Below, one piece after another: positions 49,726-59,164 of a stretch of DNA of 64,000 bases; positions within the stretch are counted from its first letter, which is position 1; each line of letters starts with the position of its first letter. The notes beneath the pieces were generated by a model, which saw only the letters and a program-made list of their open reading frames with translations, was not told the DNA's origin and made no database searches. The position numbers and the translations under genes are program-made. Origin of the DNA: a virus (Duplodnaviria > Caudoviricetes); the IMG/VR virus record IMGVR_UViG_3300012953_000012, positions 128,001 through 192,000 of that record. One strand, written 5' to 3'.

Positions 49726-49765
49726 ACCCCACAACAACAGTGACCCCACAACAACAGTGACCCAG
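49726..49765. repeat. Tandem repeat TGACCCCACAACAACAG x2.3
   Basis: Direct reading; a related GTGACCCCACAACA occurs at ~32063. Confidence 0.75.
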
Positions 49766-50191
49766 GGAAGGCTGAAACCTCCTCCTTGGGGACATCGGAC
49801 CTTTGGCCTTTTCTGCCCCTCGTAAGGGGGCGTAGTTACTGGGTTTTTTTGAAGCGAATAAAAACAGAGTGACTTCGAGCCTCCTCAAAAGCCTCCGGCT
49901 CCGTGATCCCACGGCCCATCTCCGCCCATCTCGGACGCACCTCGGAGCCCTTGCGGACAGGCACCTACGGACAGAATGATCCCAGTTCAGCCTCTCGTCA
50001 GGCAAAGGCTCTCGTCGAAAACCCCGGAAGGACCTATGCTTTGAACTTTTTTGAAGTTTTTTGGTTTAGTCTGTCCGCCGAGCGGGGTTCGCCCCGTCTC
50101 GCGCACGCGAGGCTCTGGAGGGCCACTGTTGTGTGACCCCATGACCCCAGGCGGTATCTCGGCTATCCATCCCCAGGGGTAGAGGTTTCCC

Positions 50192-51514
50192 ATGGCTCAC
50201 GACGACGACGCACCGAAGACCGGCGAAGACCAGGCCCCGTTTGCCCTGGCTCAGAACCCTGCGCCCAACCCTCCCTCGGGCCAGGCGTACCTGACGGACA
50301 AGGAATCGCTGACCCAGCAGATCATGGCGACCTTCCGTGCGGTGCTGCCGAGCAACTACGTCGCCCAGGTCAACGGCCCCTGGTACTCACTCCAGTTTCA
50401 GGCCATGGCCGAGCAGTTGGCTGAGATCCAGATCAGCACGACTGAGATCTACAAGGACTCCGGGTTCGATTTCACCCGAACAGACTTCTTGTGGCAGGTG
50501 CTGGGGTCGCTGGTGTTCCCAGGAGCCACGGACCAGTCAGGTATCCCTCAGATTGACGGTGACCTGGCCTACCGCGAGTTCCTGCACAAGATGGTCATGC
50601 TCCTGCTTCAAGGAGCAACGAAGGCCAGCATGGAAGGCGGCCTTGAAGCCCTGGACCCGAACGTGGTGGCGACCATCACCGAACGCTACCTGGAGACACC
50701 CCCGCGTGATCCTGTGGGTGCATGGACCATCGAGGACCAGTTCCTGATCGACATCTTCATCGAAGGTTCCACGGGGAACACCTTCCCGGCTGACCCTTTC
50801 GTGCTCCAGCGAAATGCAGAACTCGTCCTGGCCGCCTTGAAGCCTGCCCACGTCTTCTACGGCTACTCGTACCTGTTCCGGGACGCCTTCGACAAGGTAG
50901 CGGACGACACAGGGGGCATGAGCCTCGACCTGGACTCCTACTACTACGCCGACCTGCGGAAGTGGTGCCTGGGGGCGCAGCGCATCAGCGGCACCGGAGA
51001 CACCCTCTCCACCAGGACCCTGTTCACCGACCCCGACGTGTCGTTCCAGAGCATCCGGGCGGGAGCCGTCCTGGAGATTGCTGACGGCACGAACGCAGGC
51101 CGCCACCGCGTCGTGAGCACCCGCGCCCTTCTCTATGGGGCAGAAGCCGTCGCCAGGTCGTACACGACCTCCACGGGCCTCACAGGCACCCTCACGGCGG
51201 TCTCCGATGACACGGTAGTGGACCCTGGGCGAGACTGGGGTGCTTTGCCGGTGGACACGACCATCACCATCGCAGATGGCCCCAATGCGGGGACGTACCG
51301 GCTCGACACCGTGCTGGGAGAAACCGGCGGCCCTATCGGCACGGTTGGCATCAGCGGCACTGAGGTCAGGCTCTCTCCGAGCACCCTCCAGGTGGCGCGG
51401 CGCATGGACGTGGTTGCGACAGGGCAGACCTACACGGTGAGCGTGGACCGCCTGGGTGTGCAGACCCCACGGCCTGTGTCGGGCGAGGACGTCACGCTCC
51501 AGTTTCTCCTGTGA
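50192..51514 (+). CDS. Putative baseplate wedge/tail protein (P2 gpI-like N-domain)
   Basis: YREFL..L..LLLQGATK, LAALKPAHVF; beta-rich C-half; late-type element at 50152-50166. Confidence 0.6.
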   Translation: MAHDDDAPKTGEDQAPFALAQNPAPNPPSGQAYLTDKESLTQQIMATFRAVLPSNYVAQVNGPWYSLQFQAMAEQLAEIQISTTEIYKDSGFDFTRTDFLWQVLGSLVFPGATDQSGIPQIDGDLAYREFLHKMVMLLLQGATKASMEGGLEALDPNVVATITERYLETPPRDPVGAWTIEDQFLIDIFIEGSTGNTFPADPFVLQRNAELVLAALKPAHVFYGYSYLFRDAFDKVADDTGGMSLDLDSYYYADLRKWCLGAQRISGTGDTLSTRTLFTDPDVSFQSIRAGAVLEIADGTNAGRHRVVSTRALLYGAEAVARSYTTSTGLTGTLTAVSDDTVVDPGRDWGALPVDTTITIADGPNAGTYRLDTVLGETGGPIGTVGISGTEVRLSPSTLQVARRMDVVATGQTYTVSVDRLGVQTPRPVSGEDVTLQFLL

Positions 51515-51558
51515 CGGTAGACGCTCTATGTTTTCGGGGGGTGTAGGAGAGTAGGATC

Positions 51559-52044
51559 ATGCCCCCCTACGATGTGGCTGTGAAGCGTGACGACTACAGC
51601 GTAGAGCCAATGGGGTCAGTGCGGTCCTACCTGGGGACGTACAAGGACATCATCGTCTACCACGACTACCAGCCGCTCTTGCTGTTTTGGAACATCTCGG
51701 ACATCGCGAACAACCGGGTGATCTGGGAGACCTACTGGGACTACAAGGAGATGGGGGCCGAGTCGGCCTACATTCAGTACGCCCTGTACTTCTGCGTGTC
51801 GCTGGGAATGCTCTTCAGCCTCCCGAACCTGCGCTCCTGTGCTCGCTTCGTGGCGGCCTACCTGCTGCTCTACGTCTTCTCCACCGCGAAGTTCGTCGTG
51901 ACCTTCCTGACGGACGAGGAGTTTGCCCAGAACCCGGACATCAAGCGGAGCCTGGTCGTGACCGGGGTCTACTTCACCCTCTGGTGCTGGATCTACTTGA
52001 AGATGCGGGTCGAGTTGGCCCATCGGAACGCCAATGGCGAATGA
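51559..52044 (+). CDS. Multi-pass membrane protein
   Basis: 3 hydrophobic segments; AGGA RBS; late-type element at 51515-51529. Confidence 0.65.
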   Translation: MPPYDVAVKRDDYSVEPMGSVRSYLGTYKDIIVYHDYQPLLLFWNISDIANNRVIWETYWDYKEMGAESAYIQYALYFCVSLGMLFSLPNLRSCARFVAAYLLLYVFSTAKFVVTFLTDEEFAQNPDIKRSLVVTGVYFTLWCWIYLKMRVELAHRNANGE

Positions 52045-52375
52045 CGCTACCACTACGGCTGCCATCGTCGCCGCTGTGACAGGGGTGATGTCCGCAGGTG
52101 CGTTCAAGTTTTACGAGTTCATCCTAAAGCAGCGCCGTGAGGTCCAGAAGGAGGAGAAGGCCGAGCAGATGCTCTACCGCGATGACCTCATTCGCCGAGT
52201 CGAGAAACTGGAGAGCGAGCGGGACGACCGGATAGAGGAAGCCATCGGATTCCGCGCTGAGATCAGCGCCATGAAGGTCCAGATCGACTTCATGAAGCAG
52301 GAGAATGACCTGCTGAAAGGGCAGGTCGAACTGGTCAAGCACGAGAACCAGATCCTCAAAGACACCCTACGGTAG
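52034..52375 (+). CDS. Single-TM plus coiled-coil protein (possible lysis accessory)
   Basis: TM helix then heptads; function inferred. Confidence 0.55.
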   Translation: MANDATTTAAIVAAVTGVMSAGAFKFYEFILKQRREVQKEEKAEQMLYRDDLIRRVEKLESERDDRIEEAIGFRAEISAMKVQIDFMKQENDLLKGQVELVKHENQILKDTLR

Positions 52376-52409
52376 TGATTCGATAGGCTGCTCCCGGTAG
52401 GAGATCACC

Positions 52410-53180
52410 ATGAACCGAACCGTGCTACGACGTATCCTTGCCTCCGAAGGCTTGCTCCCTCGGAATAAGCAGGCGTCAAAGGGACTTGCTCGCGCCTTCG
52501 CCGACTTCTACAGGGGGGTCCAGAGAGATTTGGGGCCTGACCCGGCAGAGCGTTTGGATGTTCGCAAGGCTGTCTCTGCCGACTTGAAGAAGATCGTGGC
52601 CGGGATGGGGAACGCCTCGGCCAACCTCGGTACTGTGTATGCTGACGACGACAACTTCCTGTACGAGACAGAGGTGACGATTGCCGACGACGATTGGTCG
52701 AGCCTTGAAGAAAACATCGTACTCCCCACAAGGTACTACGTCACAGGCACGATCTCGGTGAGTCCCCTTCCATTCAAGGACTCCTACCTCTACGACTTCC
52801 TTGAATCCTTGATCTCCCAGCGCGAAAAGAGAGCGATGGTGAAGAAGTGGGACGCCTTCATCCTCAAGGTCATGGAGTCGGAGGACTTTCAGCAAGCCCT
52901 CTTGCGGAAGTTCTCTCGATGGCAAGAGGATGCTCACAGTGCGCTGCAAATCGAAGCCTATGATTGGGTAGACTCGGTAGCAAGTGGGATCGAACCCTTC
53001 TCCAATGAGGGGTCCACGGTCACCTACTTCCCATCACCGGAAGACGATTCCTACTGGAACATCCGCGCTGACTTGCTCGGAGTTAACCGTCGTGGGGAGT
53101 ACACCATCAAGTTCACCGGGGTGATGGATGCGGAGAAGATCGTGGACGGGATGGAGTTTGATTGGGTAAACCCCCGCTAA
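52410..53180 (+). CDS. Hypothetical protein with LRRILASEGL..KQAS leader
   Basis: AGGAGA RBS; late-type variant at 52370-52384. Confidence 0.7.
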   Translation: MNRTVLRRILASEGLLPRNKQASKGLARAFADFYRGVQRDLGPDPAERLDVRKAVSADLKKIVAGMGNASANLGTVYADDDNFLYETEVTIADDDWSSLEENIVLPTRYYVTGTISVSPLPFKDSYLYDFLESLISQREKRAMVKKWDAFILKVMESEDFQQALLRKFSRWQEDAHSALQIEAYDWVDSVASGIEPFSNEGSTVTYFPSPEDDSYWNIRADLLGVNRRGEYTIKFTGVMDAEKIVDGMEFDWVNPR

Positions 53181-53524
53181 TCGGTCGGCTTGATCCGGGC
53201 CATCGCTTCTTCGACAGCACCGCCGACAAACTGCTCGGCCATCTTCGCCACATGCACCCGGACACGCTCTTCCAGGTCACCAGGCGTGATCTCCTCGGGC
53301 TTCTTGCCTTGTGAGATCATCGTGATCGCCATGACGTAGGCTTCACGTCGCAGGTACTCGATGATGAACGCATGGGCGACCTGGACCAGTCCACCGGACG
53401 GCCACTCAGCAGCACGCTGGGCATCCCCAGGCGTGGCAGGACGATGCGCCGTGAACAGGGCGTCGTCTGTGACTCGGCGTCGGACCTCCAGAAGGAAGCG
53501 GACGGTGTCGAACTGATCGGTCAT
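53177..53524 (-). CDS. Hypothetical protein
   Basis: Coupled - strand ORF. Confidence 0.6.
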   Translation of the reverse strand: MTDQFDTVRFLLEVRRRVTDDALFTAHRPATPGDAQRAAEWPSGGLVQVAHAFIIEYLRREAYVMAITMISQGKKPEEITPGDLEERVRVHVAKMAEQFVGGAVEEAMARIKPTD

Positions 53525-53533
53525 GAGGCTACT

Positions 53534-53992
53534 CTACCCAGCCCATGCCTCCGACTCGGGGGCGATGCTGGGGAATCGACCGCCGCCACCCATGCCGTAC
53601 AAGAGAACCGCGAGCCCTTCGTCGTCACGGGCCATCTCCTTGAGCCTTTCGGTGAGGGACTTCTCCAGGTTGTACTCGGCCTTCGCCTCGTCCATACCGT
53701 CGCGGTACTTGACGAAGAAGGTGACCCTGTTGCCCTTGTCAGTGACCTGTGTCACGTCACCCAGGCCGAGGCGTCTGCCGACGTCCTTCAGATCATCAAC
53801 CGCACTGTCGTAGTCACGGCCATAAGGGTCGTCGAAACGGCCCCATTCAGATGCCCTCGTGTCCAGAGGGACCTCCACGCTCAGGAGGTTGTCGTCCATC
53901 CCGATGCGGCGGAAGTAGGCACGCCGCACCATCCGGTCCTGCCGGTAGGCGTACTCCAGTGCGACACGGTGGGTAGATGCGGTACGAATCAT
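53534..53992 (-). CDS. Hypothetical protein with RTAS/RVALEYA leader
   Basis: AGGAGA RBS; CGGTAG-N5-CTAT at 54021-54035. Confidence 0.7.
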   Translation of the reverse strand: MIRTASTHRVALEYAYRQDRMVRRAYFRRIGMDDNLLSVEVPLDTRASEWGRFDDPYGRDYDSAVDDLKDVGRRLGLGDVTQVTDKGNRVTFFVKYRDGMDEAKAEYNLEKSLTERLKEMARDDEGLAVLLYGMGGGGRFPSIAPESEAWAG

Positions 53993-54029
53993 GGCGGTAT
54001 CTCCTGCCTCTGCCGAGGCGATAGAGACC

Positions 54030-56096
54030 CTACCGCGCAGACTGCTGAACCGTGTCCTCTGCTGGGGTCAGGGTTTCCCAGTCGATCTCACAGGAACCAC
54101 CGACACAGGCCAGGGTCTGTGCGCCGTTGCCCATGTCCTCGGTTTCGTACCGAGAGAGCAGCGCGTAGTCGAGAACAGGGAAGTCCAGGAGCCGGGTGCG
54201 GTACTCGGACTCGGTGATCTCTTCGTAGGGGGCCAACTCGTACTTGCCGCCGTCGTAGGGCAGGAAGGAAAGCCCCGTGACCTCGTCGAAGTGCTCGTAG
54301 AGCCAGTCACCAACCTGACCCCACTCGTCTTCGCGGACGTAGACCGTGGCGCTCTGGTTGTGGCCGCGCTCCGAGCACCAGGTCCGCATGATGTGGAGGT
54401 AGCGGCCCAACTGCTCCAGGGCGGTCTCGTCGTTCCGGGTCATGCAGCCTTCGGGGGCCTTGACTGGAAACTCGACAACCCAGGTCGGGCAGTCAGCATC
54501 GGGGCCATTCTTGTACTTCACGTCCTTGAAGACAGGAGCACCGGAGTCCCGGACCAGGTGGAACAAGGGGTCGTTGGCACTCACCCGGACGCGCCGGATG
54601 TAGAACTCTGCGTACCGGGTGTGGAAGCCGCTCGCGCAGTCCACCGCCTGGGAGGAGTTGCCGCTGGGCTTGCCACAGGTCACGGACGCAGGCATCTCGA
54701 TGCCCAGGTGTGCAGCCGCTTCGGCGGCAGTCTCCAGGGCGACCTGGTTGAAGTAGGACATCGCCTCGGCATCGTTGGAGAGCGCCGGGTTGTCACAGTG
54801 GCCGGTGATGTCCACCCCGAGCAGGCGGTCTTCGTTGCAGTGCTGAGTCCAGGCAGGACGCAGGTAGGGGAAGTCGGTGAACGACGCCTGGAGGGCACCG
54901 ATCCAGGTGGCGGTGCGAACCTTCGCAGCGAAGGACTCGCGGGTGTCTGTCTCCCGCATGACGGCAGCCGAGAGGTTGCAGAACTGCCCGCCGCCGCCCT
55001 TGCCTGTCCAGGGGCACTCGGCTCTGGAGAAGCGAAGCAGGATCTCACCGCAGGGGTTGGACCGCATCTCGCCGTTGCGCTCTTCACGACGGCTGGAGGG
55101 GATCATGTAGAAGCCGCGTTCGCCGGAACCGCTGTTCCGAAGGGCGTCCCACTCGCGGTCGAAGATGTCACGGTCTGGCTTGGCGTCCCAGAACGCCGAG
55201 ATATTCGCCATGTAGCGACACTCGGGGAACGACCCCTTGCGCCAATCCTTTGCGTGTCGCATGAGTTCGTCGTCAGGGTCAGAGAAGCAGATCAACGCTG
55301 CGCGGCGCACACCACCAGCCTTGACGATCTCACCGATCATGCAGGCGATGTCACTGACCTCGATGGTCCGCAACTGGCGGCCTGAGGCACCGTCGATGAT
55401 CTCTTGGCAGAACTCCAGGAGGAGACGGAGAGGCTTCGGCCCGGAAGCACGGCCACCCTTCGTCTGGCAGCGGGCACCTTCGGGGCGGATCTGCGAGTAG
55501 TCAAACTCGACGGTGTGTCCCTTCCACATGTGGGTCAACCCGTTGAACACCGCATCGGCCCAGCCGACTGTGCTGTCCGGGATGGTGTACTGGATCGCGT
55601 CACCAGAACGAGGGGCGACCTCTGGGAGGTTGCCGACGAACTTGCGCTCGACCGAGTAGCCGACACCCGTGCCCATCATCAGGATGTACAGCATCTCCCC
55701 AAACGCCTTGAGGTTGTCGAGGGGCACGAAGGAGCAGTTGTAGATCATCGTGTTGTCACGCGCTGCCGCAGGGCCAGCGGACCACAGAGCACGCATCGAC
55801 GGAAGGACTCCCATCGAGAGCATCCCCTCCCGGATGTCCCCCAAAACCGCAGAAGGAACGGAACGCTCACCACCAACGAAGTCGCAGTAGCGGTCCACCG
55901 CCTCCTCGTAGGTCTCGCGGCGGCCCTCTTCTTCGCGCCAGCGTAGGTACGAGCGGGTCACAACAAACTGAGACAGGGCGTTGGGGTAGCCGAAAACCGG
56001 CTTGCGGGTGGGAACGAGGTCAGGGCTGCTACTACACGACTCATGCCTGGTCGGGGTGCTGGATTGTGCGTCTGACAGGGGCATGAGTTCGATCAT
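54030..56096 (-). CDS. nrdJ: Class II (B12-dependent) ribonucleotide reductase
   Basis: PSMRALW, YNCSF, GTGVGYSV, GGRASGP, GGVRRAALI, NPCGEI, CNLS, KPSGNSSQ, C-terminal CxxxxC; no nrdB partner. Confidence 0.9.
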   Translation of the reverse strand: MIELMPLSDAQSSTPTRHESCSSSPDLVPTRKPVFGYPNALSQFVVTRSYLRWREEEGRRETYEEAVDRYCDFVGGERSVPSAVLGDIREGMLSMGVLPSMRALWSAGPAAARDNTMIYNCSFVPLDNLKAFGEMLYILMMGTGVGYSVERKFVGNLPEVAPRSGDAIQYTIPDSTVGWADAVFNGLTHMWKGHTVEFDYSQIRPEGARCQTKGGRASGPKPLRLLLEFCQEIIDGASGRQLRTIEVSDIACMIGEIVKAGGVRRAALICFSDPDDELMRHAKDWRKGSFPECRYMANISAFWDAKPDRDIFDREWDALRNSGSGERGFYMIPSSRREERNGEMRSNPCGEILLRFSRAECPWTGKGGGGQFCNLSAAVMRETDTRESFAAKVRTATWIGALQASFTDFPYLRPAWTQHCNEDRLLGVDITGHCDNPALSNDAEAMSYFNQVALETAAEAAAHLGIEMPASVTCGKPSGNSSQAVDCASGFHTRYAEFYIRRVRVSANDPLFHLVRDSGAPVFKDVKYKNGPDADCPTWVVEFPVKAPEGCMTRNDETALEQLGRYLHIMRTWCSERGHNQSATVYVREDEWGQVGDWLYEHFDEVTGLSFLPYDGGKYELAPYEEITESEYRTRLLDFPVLDYALLSRYETEDMGNGAQTLACVGGSCEIDWETLTPAEDTVQQSAR

Positions 56097-56199
56097 CGTG
56101 GTGTCCTCGGAGGCGTAGGGTTCGGGTTTCATAAAGCGTCGGGCAGCCATTAGAGCCTCGACTGTGAAGCCCTCTCTGAACCCGCCCCTATACGGCGGG

Positions 56200-57201
56200 C
56201 TATTGACCCCCTACCGAGGAACAGCCCCTTAAGAGAGCCGCCTCACATGCTACCCACGGAGCGGGAACACCCCTCAACACGCCCCTGTCTACATGAGCAA
56301 GATCACGGACGAGGTTCACAAGATTTCTTGTGCCCCACTTTTTCGCGGCGGGGATTGTCGTGCGCTCCGTTACCCAGGAGGGTGACCCCAGCATGGCACC
56401 GATCTGATGAGGGGTGGTGCCACGCTCCAGGAGCAGGGATGCCTGGAGCCATCGGTAGGCGAGGTCTGCCGGGCCACCGCGTGCTCGGAGGAGGAGCATC
56501 GTCGGGTCAGTCACCGACTTACGGCGTAGGGTCACAAGGGCTTTGGCCATCTTCGCCGTGTGCCTCGACGCGAGAGCATCCCGAACGGGCTGCATGTCTA
56601 CGCCGATGTGGCCCTTCACAACAGCCTTGACCTCAGCCGAGGTGATCTGCTTGCCGCCTTGCGACCGGACCAAAGCCGTGATCTTGCTCATCTCGTAGGA
56701 GAGGACACCGAGGTCCACGCCCATGACGCCGACCATGGCTTTCGCCAGGTCAGTGCTGAGAGCCTGCTGGTTGAGGGTGAGTCGATGTGCCTCCATGACG
56801 AGGAACTTGACGGCCCGCCCCTCCCTGTCCTGTTTCCGGGCAGGGATGCAGTAGGTGACTGTGTGTTTCTTCTTCACCAGGGCGACCGCTGGATGCTTCT
56901 TCGGGTCTGCGTTGCCCTCCACCTCCATGAGGATGCACACCCGCCCAGGCTTGTCGGCCTCGTGGGCACTCACAGTCTCGGGATCAACCTTTCCGCCTGG
57001 CACCAGGATCAACGTCGGCTGCCCGAAGGTAGTGCCCATGGAGAGCGCGTCGATGACCTCACCGTCTGACCCGGCATGGACAACCTCGTAGCCTGCCTGG
57101 TACGCGCCCATCATGGCGTGACGTAGCCATCGACGGCACAGGAACCGCTCGTCCCCGGTCACGGCCAGCACGGGAGGGGGTTTGTCCCACGAGAGTTTCA
57201 C
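56200..57201 (-). CDS. holA: DNA polymerase III delta subunit-like
   Basis: AVTGDERFL, DLGVLSYEMSKITAL, ITSAEV..VV, D.D..VLRG. Confidence 0.75.
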   Translation of the reverse strand: MKLSWDKPPPVLAVTGDERFLCRRWLRHAMMGAYQAGYEVVHAGSDGEVIDALSMGTTFGQPTLILVPGGKVDPETVSAHEADKPGRVCILMEVEGNADPKKHPAVALVKKKHTVTYCIPARKQDREGRAVKFLVMEAHRLTLNQQALSTDLAKAMVGVMGVDLGVLSYEMSKITALVRSQGGKQITSAEVKAVVKGHIGVDMQPVRDALASRHTAKMAKALVTLRRKSVTDPTMLLLRARGGPADLAYRWLQASLLLERGTTPHQIGAMLGSPSWVTERTTIPAAKKWGTRNLVNLVRDLAHVDRGVLRGVPAPWVACEAALLRGCSSVGGQ

Positions 57202-57785
57202 GGCTTCCTTCCCACGATGACAGGCTCCCACGAAGGCTTCAAGGCGGTGCCCCACCCATCCCACCTCTGTGCCTCGGGGGTGGCTGGAGCGGTAAGAAGA
57301 CCTGGTTCGGAGGTGTACTGGTACTTCGACGCATCTCGATCCCCCGCGAAACCGTGCGTCCCTGTGCGTTTACCTTCTCCATGGTAGTTGGGGTCTCTCC
57401 CGATCACCTCACGCTTGGCCCCCGCAGCCTTGTCGAACGCCTTGCCGATGTTCATCGACTTGGGGAACCCGCTTCCGTAGTTCCATGAGTCCACCTGAAG
57501 GTCGATGAACCCTGCCTGCTCCATCGCGTAAGCCATGTGATGGAAGGTCCGCGTCCCGGAGAATGCCTTGATGACCCCGCCGGGCCGGAGGACCCGAAAG
57601 GCTTCCGTGACCCATGCTTCATGCCACTTTCGCTGGGCCGCGCCTTCCCCCAACTTGTCAAAGTCCTTCCCCATGAAGGACAGGCCATAGGGAGGGTCGG
57701 AGACCACAGCCCCGATGGAACCGTCTTCGTAGCCTTTGAGCACATCCACGCAGTCCCCGTGTCGCAGGATCAATCTCTGGGTCAT
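57198..57785 (-). CDS. DNA amino-methyltransferase N-terminal catalytic module, copy 2
   Basis: HGDC, DPPY, YGSGFPKS, WGTALKPSWEP..GRKP stop; no FxGxG. Confidence 0.85.
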   Translation of the reverse strand: MTQRLILRHGDCVDVLKGYEDGSIGAVVSDPPYGLSFMGKDFDKLGEGAAQRKWHEAWVTEAFRVLRPGGVIKAFSGTRTFHHMAYAMEQAGFIDLQVDSWNYGSGFPKSMNIGKAFDKAAGAKREVIGRDPNYHGEGKRTGTHGFAGDRDASKYQYTSEPGLLTAPATPEAQRWDGWGTALKPSWEPVIVGRKP

Positions 57786-58399
57786 TCCATCGCCTCCAGG
57801 AGTGCCGTAGCGGCACACAGGTGTGACCCCCTGCCGTCCAGCAGAGGGCGCACATGGTTCCAGACAGCAGCGGTTTCCCGGCTGCCCAGGTCAGGGTGTT
57901 CCTCCACGATAAACTCGCAGAAGCCGTGAAGTAGGGCGGGCCAGTCGCGCTGGCTGGCGTGGATCACCGATAGGCATGTCGCCACGTCTTTCTTGGACCA
58001 GGCCCTGTAGAGAGCACGGGCGTTGTCATCCATGAACGGAGAGGTCCAGCGTTCGTCGGGCGGACACCAGCGGTCCAGGGTCCTGGAGCGGATGGTGCCG
58101 ATGACCCCACCGTAGAAGTCGGCCCACAGGAGGATCCTGACAGGGCCGTCTGCGAGGTCTTCAAGGGTCTTCAACAGGCCGTCCACCGCTTCTGGGGTCG
58201 CCCGGTCCAGGGGGCCTACGACCAGGACGGGGGGTCTGTCTCCCACGCCAGCGTTCCCAGCAAGGCGGACAATCTCACGCGAGTCATCCACCTTCAGTCC
58301 GGTGTCCCCGATAGGCTCCCCGAGCAGACGCCCCAGACTACGGGCGTGGGCAACCGCTTCGCCTCGCGCAAGGGGGCCGTGAAACAACAAAGGGGTCAT
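57782..58399 (-). CDS. holB: Shortened DNA polymerase III delta-prime-like protein
   Basis: LLFHGP, KVDDSREI, LDRATPEAVDGLLKTLED, GTIRSR. Confidence 0.7.
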   Translation of the reverse strand: MTPLLFHGPLARGEAVAHARSLGRLLGEPIGDTGLKVDDSREIVRLAGNAGVGDRPPVLVVGPLDRATPEAVDGLLKTLEDLADGPVRILLWADFYGGVIGTIRSRTLDRWCPPDERWTSPFMDDNARALYRAWSKKDVATCLSVIHASQRDWPALLHGFCEFIVEEHPDLGSRETAAVWNHVRPLLDGRGSHLCAATALLEAME

Positions 58400-58411
58400 G
58401 CTCGCAACCCC

Positions 58412-58612
58412 TTAGAATCGTGTGCTGAAACGCTTCTTGCACTTCTGGCAGCGGTAGTGGATGGCGGTCCCACCTCCCTGGTCAGGAGAGAGGTCCTGGA
58501 CCATAAGGATCACAGCCTGGTTGCCATCACAGAGTTCACTGACCCGGCAAGAGACCCACTTGGTCTCACCGACCGTTTTCTTCACCCGGTTGCTGAACTT
58601 ACTCATGGTCAC
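58412..58612 (-). CDS. Small zinc-ribbon protein
   Basis: CRVSELC...YRCQKC. Confidence 0.6.
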   Translation of the reverse strand: MTMSKFSNRVKKTVGETKWVSCRVSELCDGNQAVILMVQDLSPDQGGGTAIHYRCQKCKKRFSTRF

Positions 58613-58660
58613 CTTCCTCCATGTGGAGACATACCCACATGACCCGAGAGGTGACCCCCC

Positions 58661-59164
58661 TCAATAGCCTTGGGAGACAGCCCGAGCCTTGATGATCCCG
58701 GACAACTGCTGCAAGTAGTCACCAACCTCGTACTGGTACAACCCCCCGACAGCCGCAGTGCTGTGGGAAGAAGTCCCAACCACAGCGCCAGCAGGGTACT
58801 GCACCTGTCCTCCGCTCTGGGGGATCAGGACATTCGTAGGCAGAGTCAGGGTGTCTCCCGTAGAGGGATCAACACCGGCCCACCAGTTTGTTCGCAGGTC
58901 GTCCACCACAGGAACCACGACGTTTTGCCACTGAGTCCAGTGGACCCACACAGGAAGACTGCCCCTCAAGGTAGGGATGGTGTCAGGAAGCGGTTCGATC
59001 CCGATGATCCCCACCTTCACAGATGGGTTGGAACGATCTGTACCAGGGAACACAGGCTTGGCGTGTCCCTTGACCAGCAGAAAGATCGGGATGGGGAGCA
59101 GATCAGCCAACTCCGTGGCTGTCCTCACAGGGGCTATGCCCGTTCGATAGTCAGCCCGTGCCAT
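58661..59164 (-). CDS. Hypothetical late-type protein
   Basis: AGGAGGA RBS; CCGTAG-N5-CTAT at 59190-59204. Confidence 0.65.
   Translation of the reverse strand: MARADYRTGIAPVRTATELADLLPIPIFLLVKGHAKPVFPGTDRSNPSVKVGIIGIEPLPDTIPTLRGSLPVWVHWTQWQNVVVPVVDDLRTNWWAGVDPSTGDTLTLPTNVLIPQSGGQVQYPAGAVVGTSSHSTAAVGGLYQYEVGDYLQQLSGIIKARAVSQGY

Noticed and set aside
51559-52375. Definite holin/spanin lysis cassette
   Set aside because: Only TM topology supports it; there is no adjacent endolysin or lipoprotein o-spanin, so these were kept as low-confidence membrane proteins.
54030-56096. Intein or intron in the RNR
   Set aside because: The motifs are contiguous and the length is normal for a compact NrdJ; no splice-junction or LAGLIDADG signature was seen.
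27556-57263. Near-identical ~37-nt sequence at 27556-27592 and 57227-57263 as a DGR TR/VR pair or recombination site
   Set aside because: It encodes the conserved WDGWGTALKPSWE of the two MTase N modules; the differences are mainly synonymous, not adenine-specific, and there is no reverse transcriptase in the window.
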